A program made the position numbers and the translations under genes. The notes beneath the pieces are model-generated. The model did not search any database. It was not told where the DNA came from and saw only the letters and a list, made by a program, of their open reading frames with translations. A stretch of 63,793 nt of DNA, counting the filler, from Dimorphilus gyrociliatus (Eukaryota > Animalia > Annelida): assembly GCA_904063045.1 (NCBI GenBank). It is 4 parts of 4 records of this genome, joined end to end, with 100 filler letters (N's around TTAATTAATTAA, not from the genome) between each part and the next. Parts side by side here need not be neighbours in the genome. Positions count along the whole stretch, not along the records: positions 10,459 to 21,042 come from CAJFCJ010000155.1; positions 21,143 to 51,940 come from CAJFCJ010000047.1; 2 more parts are not named here. One strand, written 5' to 3'. Positions 11,598 through 25,678 of this stretch are shown here, in pieces (position 1 is the first letter of the stretch; each line of letters starts with the position of its first letter).

Positions 11598-14478
11598 TTA
11601 CAGCTGATGATTTATGCATTTTTCGTTATATTTTAAATCTATATGAGCTAAATCTATGTTAGGATATTGATTAATCACAGATACTTCGTGCTGGGGAAAC
11701 ACTTTATTTTCTTTATCAATTTCTGTATTATCCACCTTGTTTACCGTGGATGGTTTTCGTTCGGTTGTCATACTTCCAAATAAAATTTTTTCGAGTCTAA
11801 CAAATGATGACTCGAATGCCAAAGAAAATATTAGAGACATTCCCAATGAAAATGTCATAAATGCCACAAAATTAAAGGCCTATGAACAGAAATTTAGCCA
11901 TTCAATTACAGTTTAAGAAAATATTAATTATTTACCTGATCATACTGAGAAAAGTATTGGATATATCTAGTTGATTTGGCCCTAATGCTCATAGGTATCC
12001 AATGAAGTAAATAAACTCCATAGCCAAGTCGGCTAAGTGGAATAAAATATCTAAGAGACAGAAATTTATTGATTATTCCTCCATAACCGTTATGACAAGC
12101 CCATAGAACCCAACAAACGCACAGACCCCATACTGGTTGCTTTAACGTCATATATGCAATTCTCTGTGCTTTGGTCCACGGTTTATTATTAGACGTATCT
12201 CTATCCAACCATTTAATATATACAATTGTAAATCCTCCTCCGATGGCGACAATCCATAGAAAAAGTGCTAAAATCGGAGGAACTCTAGGTTTCTTAAACT
12301 TGAGCATAATTAAGGCAAGAAATGCTCCTAGCATATATGGTCCAACTCTAGTCCATGGTTTTGTGTACAACTTTTCAAATTCTGTCTCTATACCAAGAGT
12401 ACCATCAGGTTTTCTATAAGATTCATTACATCTTCTTTTTAGCTGTCTATTATTTTAAATTATATACTTACATGTTTTTATTAATAACTATTGGATTTGT
12501 TATAAAATGTACGCAGAATGCTGCAATCATTAGGCCTATAGATAAAATAGGCGTTCTGGAATAAATTAAAAAGTTATGATATATTATTAAAGATGAAAAT
12601 ATATTCTTTAATAAATACATTGCGTAAGTGAAAAGGATTATACCAAGGACAATATATAATTGCATATCGATACATAAATACCATGTATAAGTCATACACT
12701 GGAAAATTTATAAAATTCAATTAAAAATCTCTAATTACAAGTATAAATTATATTAATTAACTATCTATTACCGATTCGAATTCTTTAAAGTAGTTATGTA
12801 TGTATAAAATGTTTCTCCACCAATACTTTCTACATAATTCAATATCTGAGAGTTTAGATACTCCTTCATCCATTGTCATTACTTCGCCTGGTCCACTTCT
12901 TATTCTTGGTAATATAGTTGCATAAAATGCAACAGTAGCCGCTAAAAGTGGAGTTAATCTCCATATTCTATGGAAGAAGTACATAAAAATTATCTTTAAT
13001 GAGATTCTGCGCCTTCTTTTATTTAGTTGTTTAACGAATAGATATGTTGTAAGGAATCCACTTAGAACAAAGAAAGTATCAACAGCCAAAAATGAATTTA
13101 CAATAACAGTAAAAGCGAATTCCTTATCGAAAGCATCGCCAAAATCGGAAAGATTTCCTGTTCAATTTGTAAACATTTATTACATTATCCTCTTATAGAA
13201 CCATTTATCTATTTAATATAAAAAATACCTATATATTCTGAAATCAGTATGTAACTATGACCCAATAGTACCCATGTAACGGTTATAGCTCTGATTCCAT
13301 GCATTGCAGTAAAGCTACCGGGTACATGTTCCGCGTGGAAAATTTTTGGAATATTAGTATAACACGAGAAGCAAATAAGTATTTTAACAATGATATCTAT
13401 ATTTTAAGTAACGAATATAAACAAAAATGTTATTTTCAATTGATAGATAAAATAAAGAAATACTTACTCTGCCTTAAACGATTGCTAATATACTGTTCGT
13501 TAGATTTTTTCATATAATTCTCATGAAATTCTGTAATATAATCAATTGTTGTCCCCAGAATCAATAGGAGAAGAAATATGGAAAAGAAAACTCTGTAAAA
13601 ATTTAAAGTTTTTTAATTCATTTTCTCTTTTGTTTTTCTTAAAATTTACATTCCACCAATAGCTGATTTATCATCCTTTAATTTAGGCAATTCTTTTTCA
13701 ACAAAGTAACTGCCAACAGCTGGTCTTGGTAGACAAAATATATCAAACAGTAGAACTAAGATGAAAGGGATATTATTAGACATCTGAATGTATTTAAGAT
13801 AAGCTTTTATTGTATTAAAATACAAACAATCTTTAGATTCCTCCAGGAATCTGTTACATTTTGGTGTTGCACAAAATGCTGTTTTAAAATATTCCCCTCT
13901 AATGTTATTTCTACGGCCAGCAAATTCTATGACGGTATAATGACCTTTGATATTTGTCATAGTCTCATTTATGTTCACTCTAGCAGATATTTGTTTACAT
14001 TGATCGTACTCTCCGTAAAATTTATAGTTTGCTAATCTTCTTCCTGATCTTTCCATACCGTGCGAATCTTCCACTATAAATGTTGTTATTAGATGTCAAT
14101 ATATACTGTATGTACAGTATGTACTATTAAAATAATTAACTTACTTGCAAGCGCCCAGCTTGATCTATTCCTGACCGATTCCTCTACTTTATTTCTTTCC
14201 AATTGGCATTCTTTAGCCAAAGCCACAACGCTTTCGTTCTTAAATGAGCAGTCAATGGTACTTCTAAGTATTTCACCAAACAAATTTGACGAAATGCTCT
14301 TTGATTCAAAGATATCTTCCAGTGAATCTGTCTTTAAACTGGCTATATTAATATCATAATTTTTCATTAGCCTTTGAAATAGCTCATTTTTATGGTTTAT
14401 ATCCAAAGTTTTCGTGTTAAATTGAGTCAAACCTACGAGGCAGAGACTCATTATAATAGAAACTTGAAACATAGACAT
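11598..14478 (-). CDS. nrf-6: NRF-6 / acyltransferase-3 family membrane protein, multi-exon
   Basis: NRF domain (EDSHG..SG..YGEYDQC); HGIRAITVTWVLLGH; AVDTFFVLSGFL; RIWRLTP; TWYLCIDMQLY; YTKPWTR; PLSRLGYGVYLLH; FESSFVRLEK; short GT-AG introns. Confidence 0.92.
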
Positions 14479-15535
14479 TCTGGTCGATTTTTTACAGTTT
14501 AAAGAAAACAATCACAGCTTTAAATATACCATCTAATCAACTATACAGGTGATAAGATTATAAAAATGTAGTGGGAGAGCTTCTCTTTCTTTTCTTTTAT
14601 TATGGCTAAATAAGCTATTTAGACGAAACAGTTAAAAGAGTATGTAAACTTTAATTATAAAATTTAATTAATATTAGAATTAAACTGATCAATAATAATA
14701 ACAAAAGTACAGTTAGTGAGGGATTTGTATCATATTTGTAATACTTAAAGATAACAAACAGCTTTTTACAATTAAGATAATTTTAAATTTTTAGTACACT
14801 ATGTTAAATATTAATGAGCTAAGAAGATAACACTAAAACTGAAGCATGTTTTGAGAGTATACGAAGCGGAAGTGTATCAATTTCCTAGAATCTTGTAGAT
14901 AAGCTATTTCAAGAGTTTTAAGTACTTTTTCAGGATCGATGAGTACTATAATCTTGTGGTTCCTTGAATTGCCAGAAGCCGGGATTTGCAATAAGGCGAT
15001 TTATCTTAGCTTCCATCGTGCTGATCTGCGTGTTCAATTCTTCGTACTTTTTTTCGAATCTTTTTCTTTGCTCCTCCAGTTTCTCATCAAGTACCAATAT
15101 GGTCGACTGAGTTGCGGTCTCCGACTGATTTAGAGTGTTGGTACATTTAGCAACTGTTTGAGTTGGGATTTGTCTCTTCCTTGGCATTTCAAATTTATTA
15201 TACCTTTAATTATTGTAGTCGTTGAATGAGTCACGATCGTAGATTATCGTTATATACCATGTATATATATATATATAGTCGTTTAGCGGGTTGCAAACAG
15301 AGTCGTCACTATGTCATTGACTTATCGGTATAGAGCGTTTGAGATTTAAAGTCTATACTAATAATATAACGGTAATTATAAGTAACACACGTACACAAAG
15401 AAAAGATGATGGGGTAATGAAAATATGGTTGAGTTTTAAAACATATAGACGTAACGAATTATAAAGTAACGTAAAGGTAATTTGGCAAGAGAGGTTCATC
15501 TGGTAGAAATGGAATAATATCTCTCACATCTCTCT

Positions 15536-16586
15536 CTATAATACTGTGTCCAGTGTAAATTTCAAACGTCCATTCTCCTCCAGCATATCTCTTGTTACAC
15601 TGGCAGTGTGTGGGGGTGCATTGTCCTGCTGCCAGATGAAGTCTTCACCAAATTTTTTCCTTAACATTGGAAAAACTGTCCCCTGAATAAATTCAGAGTA
15701 AATTTCTCCGTTGATGTTACAGGGAAGTCTTTGGATGAAGACTTCACCATCTGAGGATATACACCCCCACACCATCACTCCTCCTCCACCAACAGGGAGT
15801 TTATCCCTATAGAGTCTTGGACGATCATCCAATTGCCAAGTTAGCAGATGGTCTGGGCCATCCAGAGAAAACCTAGATTCATCAGTAAAGATGACTTTAC
15901 TAAAATTGAGTTGTTGTTTAACCCATCCACCTACTACTTCGAACCTAGTTCTTTTAGCTTTTGCTGATAAAGGGCAAATTATGGGGATAGGCATGTAGCT
16001 TGCTCCATTCTCTTTCAGAATCCTTTGAATGGTCCTTTTTGAGATATCCAACCTAAATTTCTCTTTTTTTTTCTTGTAGTCTTCCACATTCTCTTTTTAT
16101 AAGATTGTTTGTTCTTTCGCTTACCTTTGAAGGTCTACCCATTCTTTTAGGTTGTTCTTCCCTTCTATCCTGGCAAATGTATTGCAGAGACTAGGGATAT
16201 TCATGTCAACTGAAAGTCTGTTATATGTCATCTCTGTTTTTTTTTGTCTTGCCAGCTCTCTGATTTGTGGATGATACTTCACCTTAACAAATAATGTTAA
16301 GGAATTGTCTTCTAAAACGTAATTGTTCGAAATTCGAATGTTTTATAAGTTTTTTAGACAAAAAACATCCTTATGCAGATACTTACGGCGCATTTTAAAT
16401 TATATAGGATTATTTCGAAAAAATACTTGTTGTCTAAAATAAAAAAAAAATATGTTCTAGGAAGCTGAAAAAAAGAAATATTGTATGAAATTACATAAAA
16501 TAACTTTTAAACAACATAATTCTATTCCTCAAAATTACAGAAAAACAATTTTTTTTTCTATATATGAAAACTTCTGTCGCGGACTG
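15536..16586 (-). mobile_element. Tc1-family transposon, 3'-truncated and frameshifted
   Basis: GRPSK linker, VIFTDESRF (D1), VMVWGCIS and WQQDNAPPHT (D2); SPDLNPIE region absent; 5' end reads CAGTCCGCGACAGAAG next to TA at 16586. Confidence 0.88.
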
Positions 16587-17291
16587 TATATATATATATA
16601 TATATATATATCTTTACTATATATACAGAATACGTTTGAACATAATACATTTCTAGAGATATTACTTCTTCAGTAAGAACTTTCTTACACATAAAGTGGA
16701 ATGAAAGACATCACTGATAGAACATGTAATAGAAAGGGTAGTAAGATGAGTCTGTAAGATAACGGAAGAAAGAACTAACTAAATCAAAGTTAGATTGGAA
16801 GACTTGGAGAACACGTCTCACGATTGGGCAATAACAAGTGAACGAGGTATTAACGGACAAGGAAATGGACAGACAAAGAAAGGAGCGAGTGAGCACGCAA
16901 AGGTAATGGTATAGGAAGCCACCAACTGGCTGGAAGAGTAGCCAGCTCCTATCTGACTGCTTTGGAACTAGCAACAAAGAATAGTAAGCTAGTAACGATT
17001 CATGATAGCAAGGTGGACATGATGATAATCATTCATGAAACCTAGCCATGACAAATCGTGACTATGGAAATTGACTTAATGATAATGGAGAGGATGGAGG
17101 GGCATAGAGACCAGAAATACAGATTCGAAGCGAGCGAAAGGCGATACCGATAGAAAGCCTCTGACAGATATCGGTTTATCTCTGAATAAATTGAACAAAG
17201 TTGTTAAGGCATATTTCGTAATTCAAAGTAGTGCTTTCTAAGGCTTAAGCAAGAATAAAGGAATTATTTTGTACGATTTCTTTCAATTTCT

Positions 17292-20115
17292 TTAGAATTT
17301 ACAAACATCTGTATTATTATTCACAAACCCATCATTTTCATAAGCATTGTAAATAGAAATCATTTTATGATTCAAATTTCCATTTTCAGAGTTGTTGTTA
17401 ATTTTATGAGATTTTTCTGAATTCTCATTTTTCTTACTTGAATTATTGAACATAACTTTTTCTAACTTTATAAAAGGAGCTTCGAATGCTAATGAAAATA
17501 CAAGAGACAATCCAATTGCTATAGTTGTATGGCTTAGAAAATCGTAGACCTTGAAAAGAGAAAGTAGTACAACATAACTTTAAAAGAGTTAAGTTCTAAA
17601 TTATATTTAATTACTTACAGCATTAACATGTTCAAAGTGTCTTTTATACTTTTGGCTAAACACATAATAGGTCATGAGAAGCCAATGTAAAATATATATA
17701 CCATAACTAAGCCGACTCAATGGTAAAAAATATCTAATAGAAAGAAATTTATTTATCAACCCTCCGTATCCATAGTGACATGCCCAGATTACCCAACAAA
17801 TACATACTCCCCACGCCGGTGTACTAAATGTCGTATACATTATCTTTTCTATTCGATTCCATCCTTTTTTGCCTTTTCCTATATCAAACCACGATGCGTA
17901 AATCGTTACAAAACCACCAGCAATCGCAATACACCAACCAAATAGAACTACCATATAAGGAACTTTTGGTTTTGGGAACTTTATCATTAAGAATCCGAGA
18001 AGACAACCAATCATATAAGGACCACTTCGACACCAAGTTCTTGTATAGACTAAGTTATAAACATCATTGTCATCTCCATTACCATCCTTATCTCTGAGAA
18101 GTTAAGAGAAATTAAATCAAATACCAATATTTATACTATAATTTTGTATAGTATAATATACTAACAAAATTTGATTTAAAATTACAGGATTACTTATGAA
18201 ATGAGAAGCCAGCATTCCAATTAGCATGATGAATGTAAGAATAGAATTTCTATAGGAAAATTCTTATTAATAAACAGTGCGAATAACTGTGAATATTACT
18301 CTACATAATAAATTAATTATTATAATTAGTCACATTGAATATAAAAATAGGCCTATGCCAAGGACAATATACAATTGCATATCGACGCTCAAGTACCAGG
18401 TGAATGGAGCACACTGATTAAGAAAAAAAGGGCAAAATAGGATCTTAGTAAAGTTACTTTATTAATAAATTATTAAAAATATATTACCGCTTCACGTGAT
18501 CTAAATATATTATTAATATATAGAAGGGTTCTCCACCAATATTTTTTACATAGTTCAATATCAGGAATGGTTGATAATCTAAAAATATTTCCTTTTAGTT
18601 CACCTGGACCCCGTCTTATTCTTGGTAAAATTGAAATGTAGAGAATAATAGTTGCGACAAGATACGGTGTTAATCTCCAAATTCTATGAAAATAATACAT
18701 AAATATCATTTTCCCATTTAATTTTCTTCTTCTCTTTTCCGACAATTTCAAGAAGAGATATGTAACTAAAAATCCACTCAATGTAAGAAAAGTATCAACA
18801 GCAAAAAATGCCCCAATAACTCCATGAAATGCGAATTGTTCACTGGGAACTTTAGCAAAATCGACTATATTATCTGTAAAAATAATACGCAGTAATTATT
18901 GTTTTGATAAAAAAATATTAGTTAAATGCTCTAATACCAGCTACTAATGGCCATAGAACGTATGTATGACCCAAAGTAATCCAAGTAACAGTTATTGCTC
19001 TTATACCGTGAATCGAAGTGATACTACCCGGTGTATGCTTAGTGGAAAATAACTTTGGAAGATTCTCACAAGCGGAAAATGCTAGCAAACCCTTTATAAA
19101 TCTATCTATAAATAGTTTAGGATTGGGTATATATTATATAGAATTAATTGAACTAACTTTTTGGAATTATATGTTTCTTTCTTACTATAATATCGCTTAT
19201 CGTTGAAATGAGTACCAGAATAGTAAAAAATGAGAAAAATGCTCTATAATATAAAAAGCTAAATAGTAATGTAAAGAATAAATAACAAAATAGATTACAT
19301 TCCACCAAAAAAAGCTTTATCCTTCTTTAATTCAACTAGGTCATCCTCAACAGAAAATCCCAATTTCAACTTTATATTTTCAGTTTCGATAGTTACTAAA
19401 TAAGATTTTATATAAGCTTAATACAATATACCTTGTTTTGACAATTCACTTACAATTCTTTATCTCTTGCATAAAATTTCTACATCTGTTAGTTGCACAA
19501 TAAGCAGATAAGATTACTAATGTCCAGGCAGTGCCGGTAACTTGTACGTTAATAAACGAATAATATCCCCTCCATTCTTCAACATTTCCATTGAAATTTA
19601 CTTTTGATTTGATATTTATGCACTGAGTATATTCACCATACCATTCAAGTCTTCCTAAAGTTATTCCTGAACTTTCTCTACCGTGGGAGTCTTCTACTGC
19701 AATAATAAAAATAGCACAAAAAATATACATTAGTATGGCAAATACAATTAAGCTCATAATTACATCGAATAGCCCAACTAGAACCTTTTCCAAATTCTTC
19801 GTATATCTTTTCTCTTTCTTTATAACATTCTAGCGCAGAATTCATTAAACTTTGATCATAACGATTAGTACTGGTAGTAATATTTTGTATAGCTAAATCC
19901 AAAAGTGATGCCGATATTCCATTTGAAGTTCTTTCTCTATATTGATTTATCCATTTTTTAAAATTGTCCAAATCTTTATACATTTGCAAATAAGTAGTTT
20001 CTGAAGTGTTTAGTAAAATATTCCGCTGTTGTTCAAAATTATTATATTGACTCTTAACAACGAATTGAAAAGACAAATAAAGAAATACGTTCAACGTTAG
20101 TCTTGAATTGAACAT
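17292..20115 (-). CDS. nrf-6: NRF-6 / acyltransferase-3 family membrane protein, multi-exon
   Basis: EDSHGRESSGITLGRLEWYGEYTQC; HGIRAITVTWITLGH; SGFLVTY; RIWRLTP; PLSRLSYGIYILH; FEAPFIKLEK. Confidence 0.92.
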
Positions 20116-21042
20116 ATTTAAGTTGATTTTTTTTAACACAATATACTAAAGTAATGAAGGAACAAAGGGTTTTTAAATGATAAAATTCTAAATATAAACA
20201 GTATAAGCGACTGTATAGGTTTGAAGTGAAATATAAATAATGTGAAATGGAAATGTACATTAATATATATTACTTAGTTCTTATCTTTTAGCTTAATTGA
20301 GAGGATAAGATACAAAATTGATAAAAGAGGAAAAATAATTCTCATTTATAATGTTAAATTGAGAGGGCAGTGTGATTGGCAATTAAAAAAAAATTATCAT
20401 TTTGTACAACTATATCTTTGTTAATTTATTCAGTTATTCTAATCTCTTTATAATATATTCTTATAGTATTCTATTTAATTGATAAAAGCAAAATTTATGT
20501 TTTTGTGAGCTAAAAATAAAATAGGTAATTTCAATGTTCATATTAAGCTCTATACTTACTTAATGTAAAAATCTATAAATTAATTTGAACTCTTCATTTG
20601 TACAAGTCTTCTCCATTAAATTGTTATCCTCGTTTTCTTCTTCTTCTTCCTCCTCTCATTTTTTAGATTGCGTCAAATTTTCAAATGTCAGTTCAATGAT
20701 ATTGAGTTCTACGTTTAAGATGATGGAATTATCTTATAAATTTATCTTTAGATAAAAGGCTAAGTGCCATTGTTTTATCTTATTCTTTTTTATAATATAT
20801 ATAAAAGATATATTTGGAACAAATTTTTTTTTCTATTCACTATTCAATATAAAGAAATAGCTAATTAATCTCTTAAAATCATGTGATAAGGAATATAATA
20901 CGCTATTTTAGTGACTCATATGTGCAACAAGTAGTCTTAGTGAAATAATTGATATAGATAAATTTCATAGATAGTGTTGAAAATGCTATATAAACACTTA
21001 ATTCATTAAATTGATTTTAGAAGAGTTCACTCGTGTCAAGAA

Positions 21043-21142
21043 NNNNNNNNNNNNNNNNNNNNNNNNNNNNNNNNNNNNNNNNNNNNTTAATTAATTAANN
21101 NNNNNNNNNNNNNNNNNNNNNNNNNNNNNNNNNNNNNNNNNN
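21043..21142. other. artificial contig spacer
   Basis: Same 100-bp N/TTAATTAATTAA/N structure. Confidence 0.98.
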
Positions 21143-21390
21143 ATTACATTTGTGATAAAATAAACTAAAAATTAGGGAGAGTCTTCTTTTTTTTTCATTC
21201 CAATCATATTTATTGTTAGCCAATCTGTTTAAAATTTTAAATAATGAAATTTTTAAGATGATTGTAAAAAAAACAAAAAATAATTAGATTAACTGCCATC
21301 TGATGCAATTTTGATTTCATTACAAAATTTTAAAAATGATTAAAGATAAACACTAAACACTTTTCTTAATCATTTTAGATAAAAGACGCG

Positions 21391-21935
21391 ATGAAGATAT
21401 TTCTAAATTTTATCTTTCTCTTCAAATTTACTCTTTCATTCTATAATGTTTTCATACAGTATGGTGTGAAATATCATTTCCTATCTAAAACTACAGTATG
21501 TGATGAGTATTCTTGTAGGGGAAAAGTTAAAATGACAGTAAAAGGGATAGATTATATACCAATGTTTAACAAGAAGGAATCAGCTAGGCTTAATTTTGAA
21601 GATATCTGTTTAGATTTGGGTTTTGATTATTTCAATACTTTTCTTTACGAATGCAATTTTGAAGGTTTTATGTTAATTTTTATGAAAAGAAAATAAAAAA
21701 GTTTTTCAAAATGTTTTCATGTTTGTGCATTATTTTTTTCTTTAAAGATTATGATAGTTATCAAAGAATTTATGCCAGTTGCATCTATCCTCCTCTACCC
21801 TGCTCTTATGTTACATATCGTCCTTATAGGTGGAAATATTTCGAACCTTGTATTCAATGCTTTAAGACTAATAGAACTTGTAAGCATACTTTTCAATAAC
21901 CAATGCCAAAATATGATGAATGTCATCATTCATTG

Positions 21936-21969
<34 letters not shown>

Positions 21970-24900
21970 TCTCTGTCAGTCCTCTACACATTTCTAATTG
22001 ATGGAGATAGACTTCATAAGAAAGATATAATTTATGCAAGATTTAATAAAACATCTTACAATTTCTATTTTGCAAAGAATGAAAGTTTAACAGAATTATG
22101 CCTTGATGGATTCTTTTTTGAAAAAACTGGATTTTTCCGTAGAAATGAAATTATTCATAAAGAATACATTTATACTTTTGAAGAGAATACATTTAAAAGA
22201 ATTTCATTTAACAAAACTTTCAAATTCAATGTCACTTGTCCAGTTTCTACACAATTCAATATGAAATTTGAACTTTTTGATGCTAGTAAATTTTTTGGAA
22301 GACATTTAAAAAAGAAAGTTCTTGTAACCTGGTTAAATCATTCTCCAGTTGTAATTCAAATTCGAAAAAGAATCAAAAAACACGATCAGTATGATATAAT
22401 AAGAACAGCGTGCAATCATTTCTCTCTTGTACCTGTAATCACTGAAAATCAAAACAACTCCATAGTTGTTGATACAAGTGATTTTTATTTGAAACAAACA
22501 CTAATTAAATGTAATGAAGGTTCACTGACACTTTTTGAATGTTACTTTCCATTGAACAAGAAAAGAGACAAAATAAAATATACTCTACACTTTGTTTGCA
22601 TTGAGGAATCTATTGCAAACTTTCCAAAAATATTTACTCAAGGTTTTATTCATCATATCAGTGTTTTTTCTTTTTGTTTACTAAAGCAGAATGTATATAT
22701 ACCAGTTTTGTTTCTCCATAGGTTTTGAAATATTATTAAAGGTTCAAGAGACAAAAATTAGCCAAGATGTAGAAATTTCAGGACCGTTGCTTGTAAAATA
22801 CTATAATGTTTGGTTCAATGTACAAACATCATATATGCAGAGGCATACTGCAAATGTTAGTAAATCCAAAGAGATATTCTTTAAGAGCAAATAAAATATG
22901 CCTATTTATACAGGTAATATGTTCCAGTTTTGGTTATAATTCTGGATATTTATTTTCAACTAATTCTCAAGAAGAGATAATACTAAGAGGAACACTTTTC
23001 TCAATTTATTGTTCAAGAATTGTGTCGTCTATTGATGATTGTGAATTTGATAATTTTTTGGATGTAAATCATTATTATTATGAAGTTAATTCTTTCTTAA
23101 GATGTTCAATGGAAAAACAACTTGGTAAATCTTTTTCAGATTTGGCCATTTGGCCTAACACTTTTGTAATTTTTTCAGATTGTCCTCAAATAAATGATGC
23201 TCAAGAATTTTCAATTGAATATAACTGCTATTATGTTTTCTCGATTAGAACTGCAAAACACCCTAAAGCAATTAATGGGTTTTGTGAAAATTATGGATTA
23301 AAAGGACTTTCATTGCATTCAAATAATGAAGCCATCCATTTTTTAAAGTTAACAAAAAAATTTAATAAGAAAATATCAGTTCTAACTGGTGCAATACAAT
23401 AATTGTATTATTAATTGAAAAATTAATTAGGATGGTTTTATATTTCAGTATTAAGTTCCAAGGAAGTTGAAGATGTTAGTGGCAATATTATAACTATAAA
23501 TAGTTTTAATATATCATATGATATAATTGGTAATACTTGGACTGAAACAAAGTTAATAATTCATTCATAGCTTTTGGAGAAGAAAGAGCAGGAGTGTACA
23601 GCCGCCCGACAAAAATATCCATATAAGAAAAATACTTGGGGTTTACTTTAATCAAACTTCAACTCATTTGTCAATATGAAGTATAACAAACAGATAACAG
23701 AGCTGGTGAGGTGGTAAAATAGACGAATGATCTATGATGAACTCCAAGAGGATTTGAATATCCCTAAGTTTTCATTGCAATATATTTGTGAAAATAAAAG
23801 AGATGAAAGAGCCGATATGAGGGGGAGGCCATCAAGACTAGCTAAAAAAAACATAGTCTCTAATCAAGAGAGAATGTACATGACTGCAAGGTAGAAAGGT
23901 GTTTGTTAATGCCAACATACTAAAAAAAATTCTCAGTCTGGAGGTCTCAATAAAGAGAGTTCTGCATGAACCAGGCGAGCAGCTATCTTGCTATTCCCAA
24001 ACTTTATCCTCTCTCAGCAAGTGCTAAAAGTAACATATTGGCAATACCAGGTGGATGGGTCCAGCAACAAATAAATTATGATAATGAGTCATCTTTACAG
24101 GTGAGATTTTCCTTGACAATCCAGATGTGGCAGTTAGGTGATACACTGAGACTGTCAAAGGACGAGCTTCTTATTGATGGATGAGGAGTGATAGTGTGGG
24201 GTTGTATATCCTCAGCTGGAGAAGTTTTCATACAAAGATTTCATTCATTCAGGGAACAATTTTCTAGTATTTAGGGGGAAAATTGGAGAAAACTTGATCT
24301 GGCAGAAGGACAATGCACCACCACACACTTCTAGTGTAACTTTAGAGACACTAAATGGAAGAAAGAGTGTGGCAAGTTATTGTATTGTAAAAATAAGGAA
24401 ATGGAATTGACAATTAACTCTGTAGCAAACATAAAACATAGAAATTAAAAAAAAAACAATGACAAACTAAGTAACCAACCTTATATGATATATACTTTGA
24501 TTTTTCATATATGAATATTTTTGTCTGGGGCTGTATTTCCTGCCTTATTTTCTCTTGATAATATATCCTCGCTTGTCTTAAATTAATCATAGATTGCATT
24601 TACATTTCAGTAATAAGAATAGACAGTTAATTATGGGAAATAGAATGGAAGAATTTGATAGAAATGATACCTGTCTTTTTATTGATGTTGGCTTGAGAAG
24701 TTTCAAAATTCAATGGCTGAAATGTGAAGTTTTTCCAGCTTTCTATGCATTTTGTAATATTCACATTGGTTAGTTGGCCACCTTTTAATAAACTATTAAA
24801 GACAATGTAATAAAAAATTTGAATTATCAAGATCCTCTACATAAACCACCCAAAATTGAAGAATGTAATAGTGTTGACACGCCATCATTGTGTAATGAAT

Positions 24901-25644
24901 ATTCTATTCTGTGTGAAATTGATATGATATGTATAAGTATTATCTTGAAATGTGATGGAAATTTTGATTGTCAAGATAAGACTGATGAAAAGAATTGCTC
25001 AACTATAAAACAAATAATTTATCCACAATCAAATCAGTTAATTAATCCATTTTACATGTGTAATTATTTTCAAGACTACTCTTCAGCTGAGGATGAAAAG
25101 TTTTGTTGTAAGTTATTGATTTATTCATTTGTCTATTCACTAATTAAATAATTAGTGTAACAAAATATTTCATGTTTCTTTCATTCTTTTTAACAGTTTT
25201 TCCAAATTGTAAAGAAAATGAAAGGTAAATTATATAAAGAATAAACCTTTATCATTTAACTTTATACAATAAAACAAATGTAAAATAGAAAATGCTTAAA
25301 TCATGAATGCATCTCTATTGAAAAGTTTTGCGACAATGAACGGGATTGTATTGATTTTAGTGATGAAAAATGCTATGATAGTTTGTAAAATATATTCTCT
25401 GTTGTATATATATATATATATATATATATATTTGAGTCATATTAAAAGGGACAAAGGATATTTGACTCCATCATGCAATTACAGTTGGGTGAATTGCCAT
25501 AATCTGTGATAAAAACATTGAATATTAAATTTTTAACCAGCTCCACACTGACACTTCTTCCCCAATAAATCTACATGTTGGTCTTACTTTAAAAAGTCAG
25601 GTCCAAATGTTACAAAATCCTAGAGACTTTTGATATGACCCTGG

Positions 25645-25678
<34 letters not shown>

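Noticed and set aside
21936-21975. SLSLSL and YIYIYI stretches in predicted ORFs (also ~16590 and ~25410)
   Set aside because: Translations of (CT)n and (TA)n microsatellites that most likely lie in introns or flanks.
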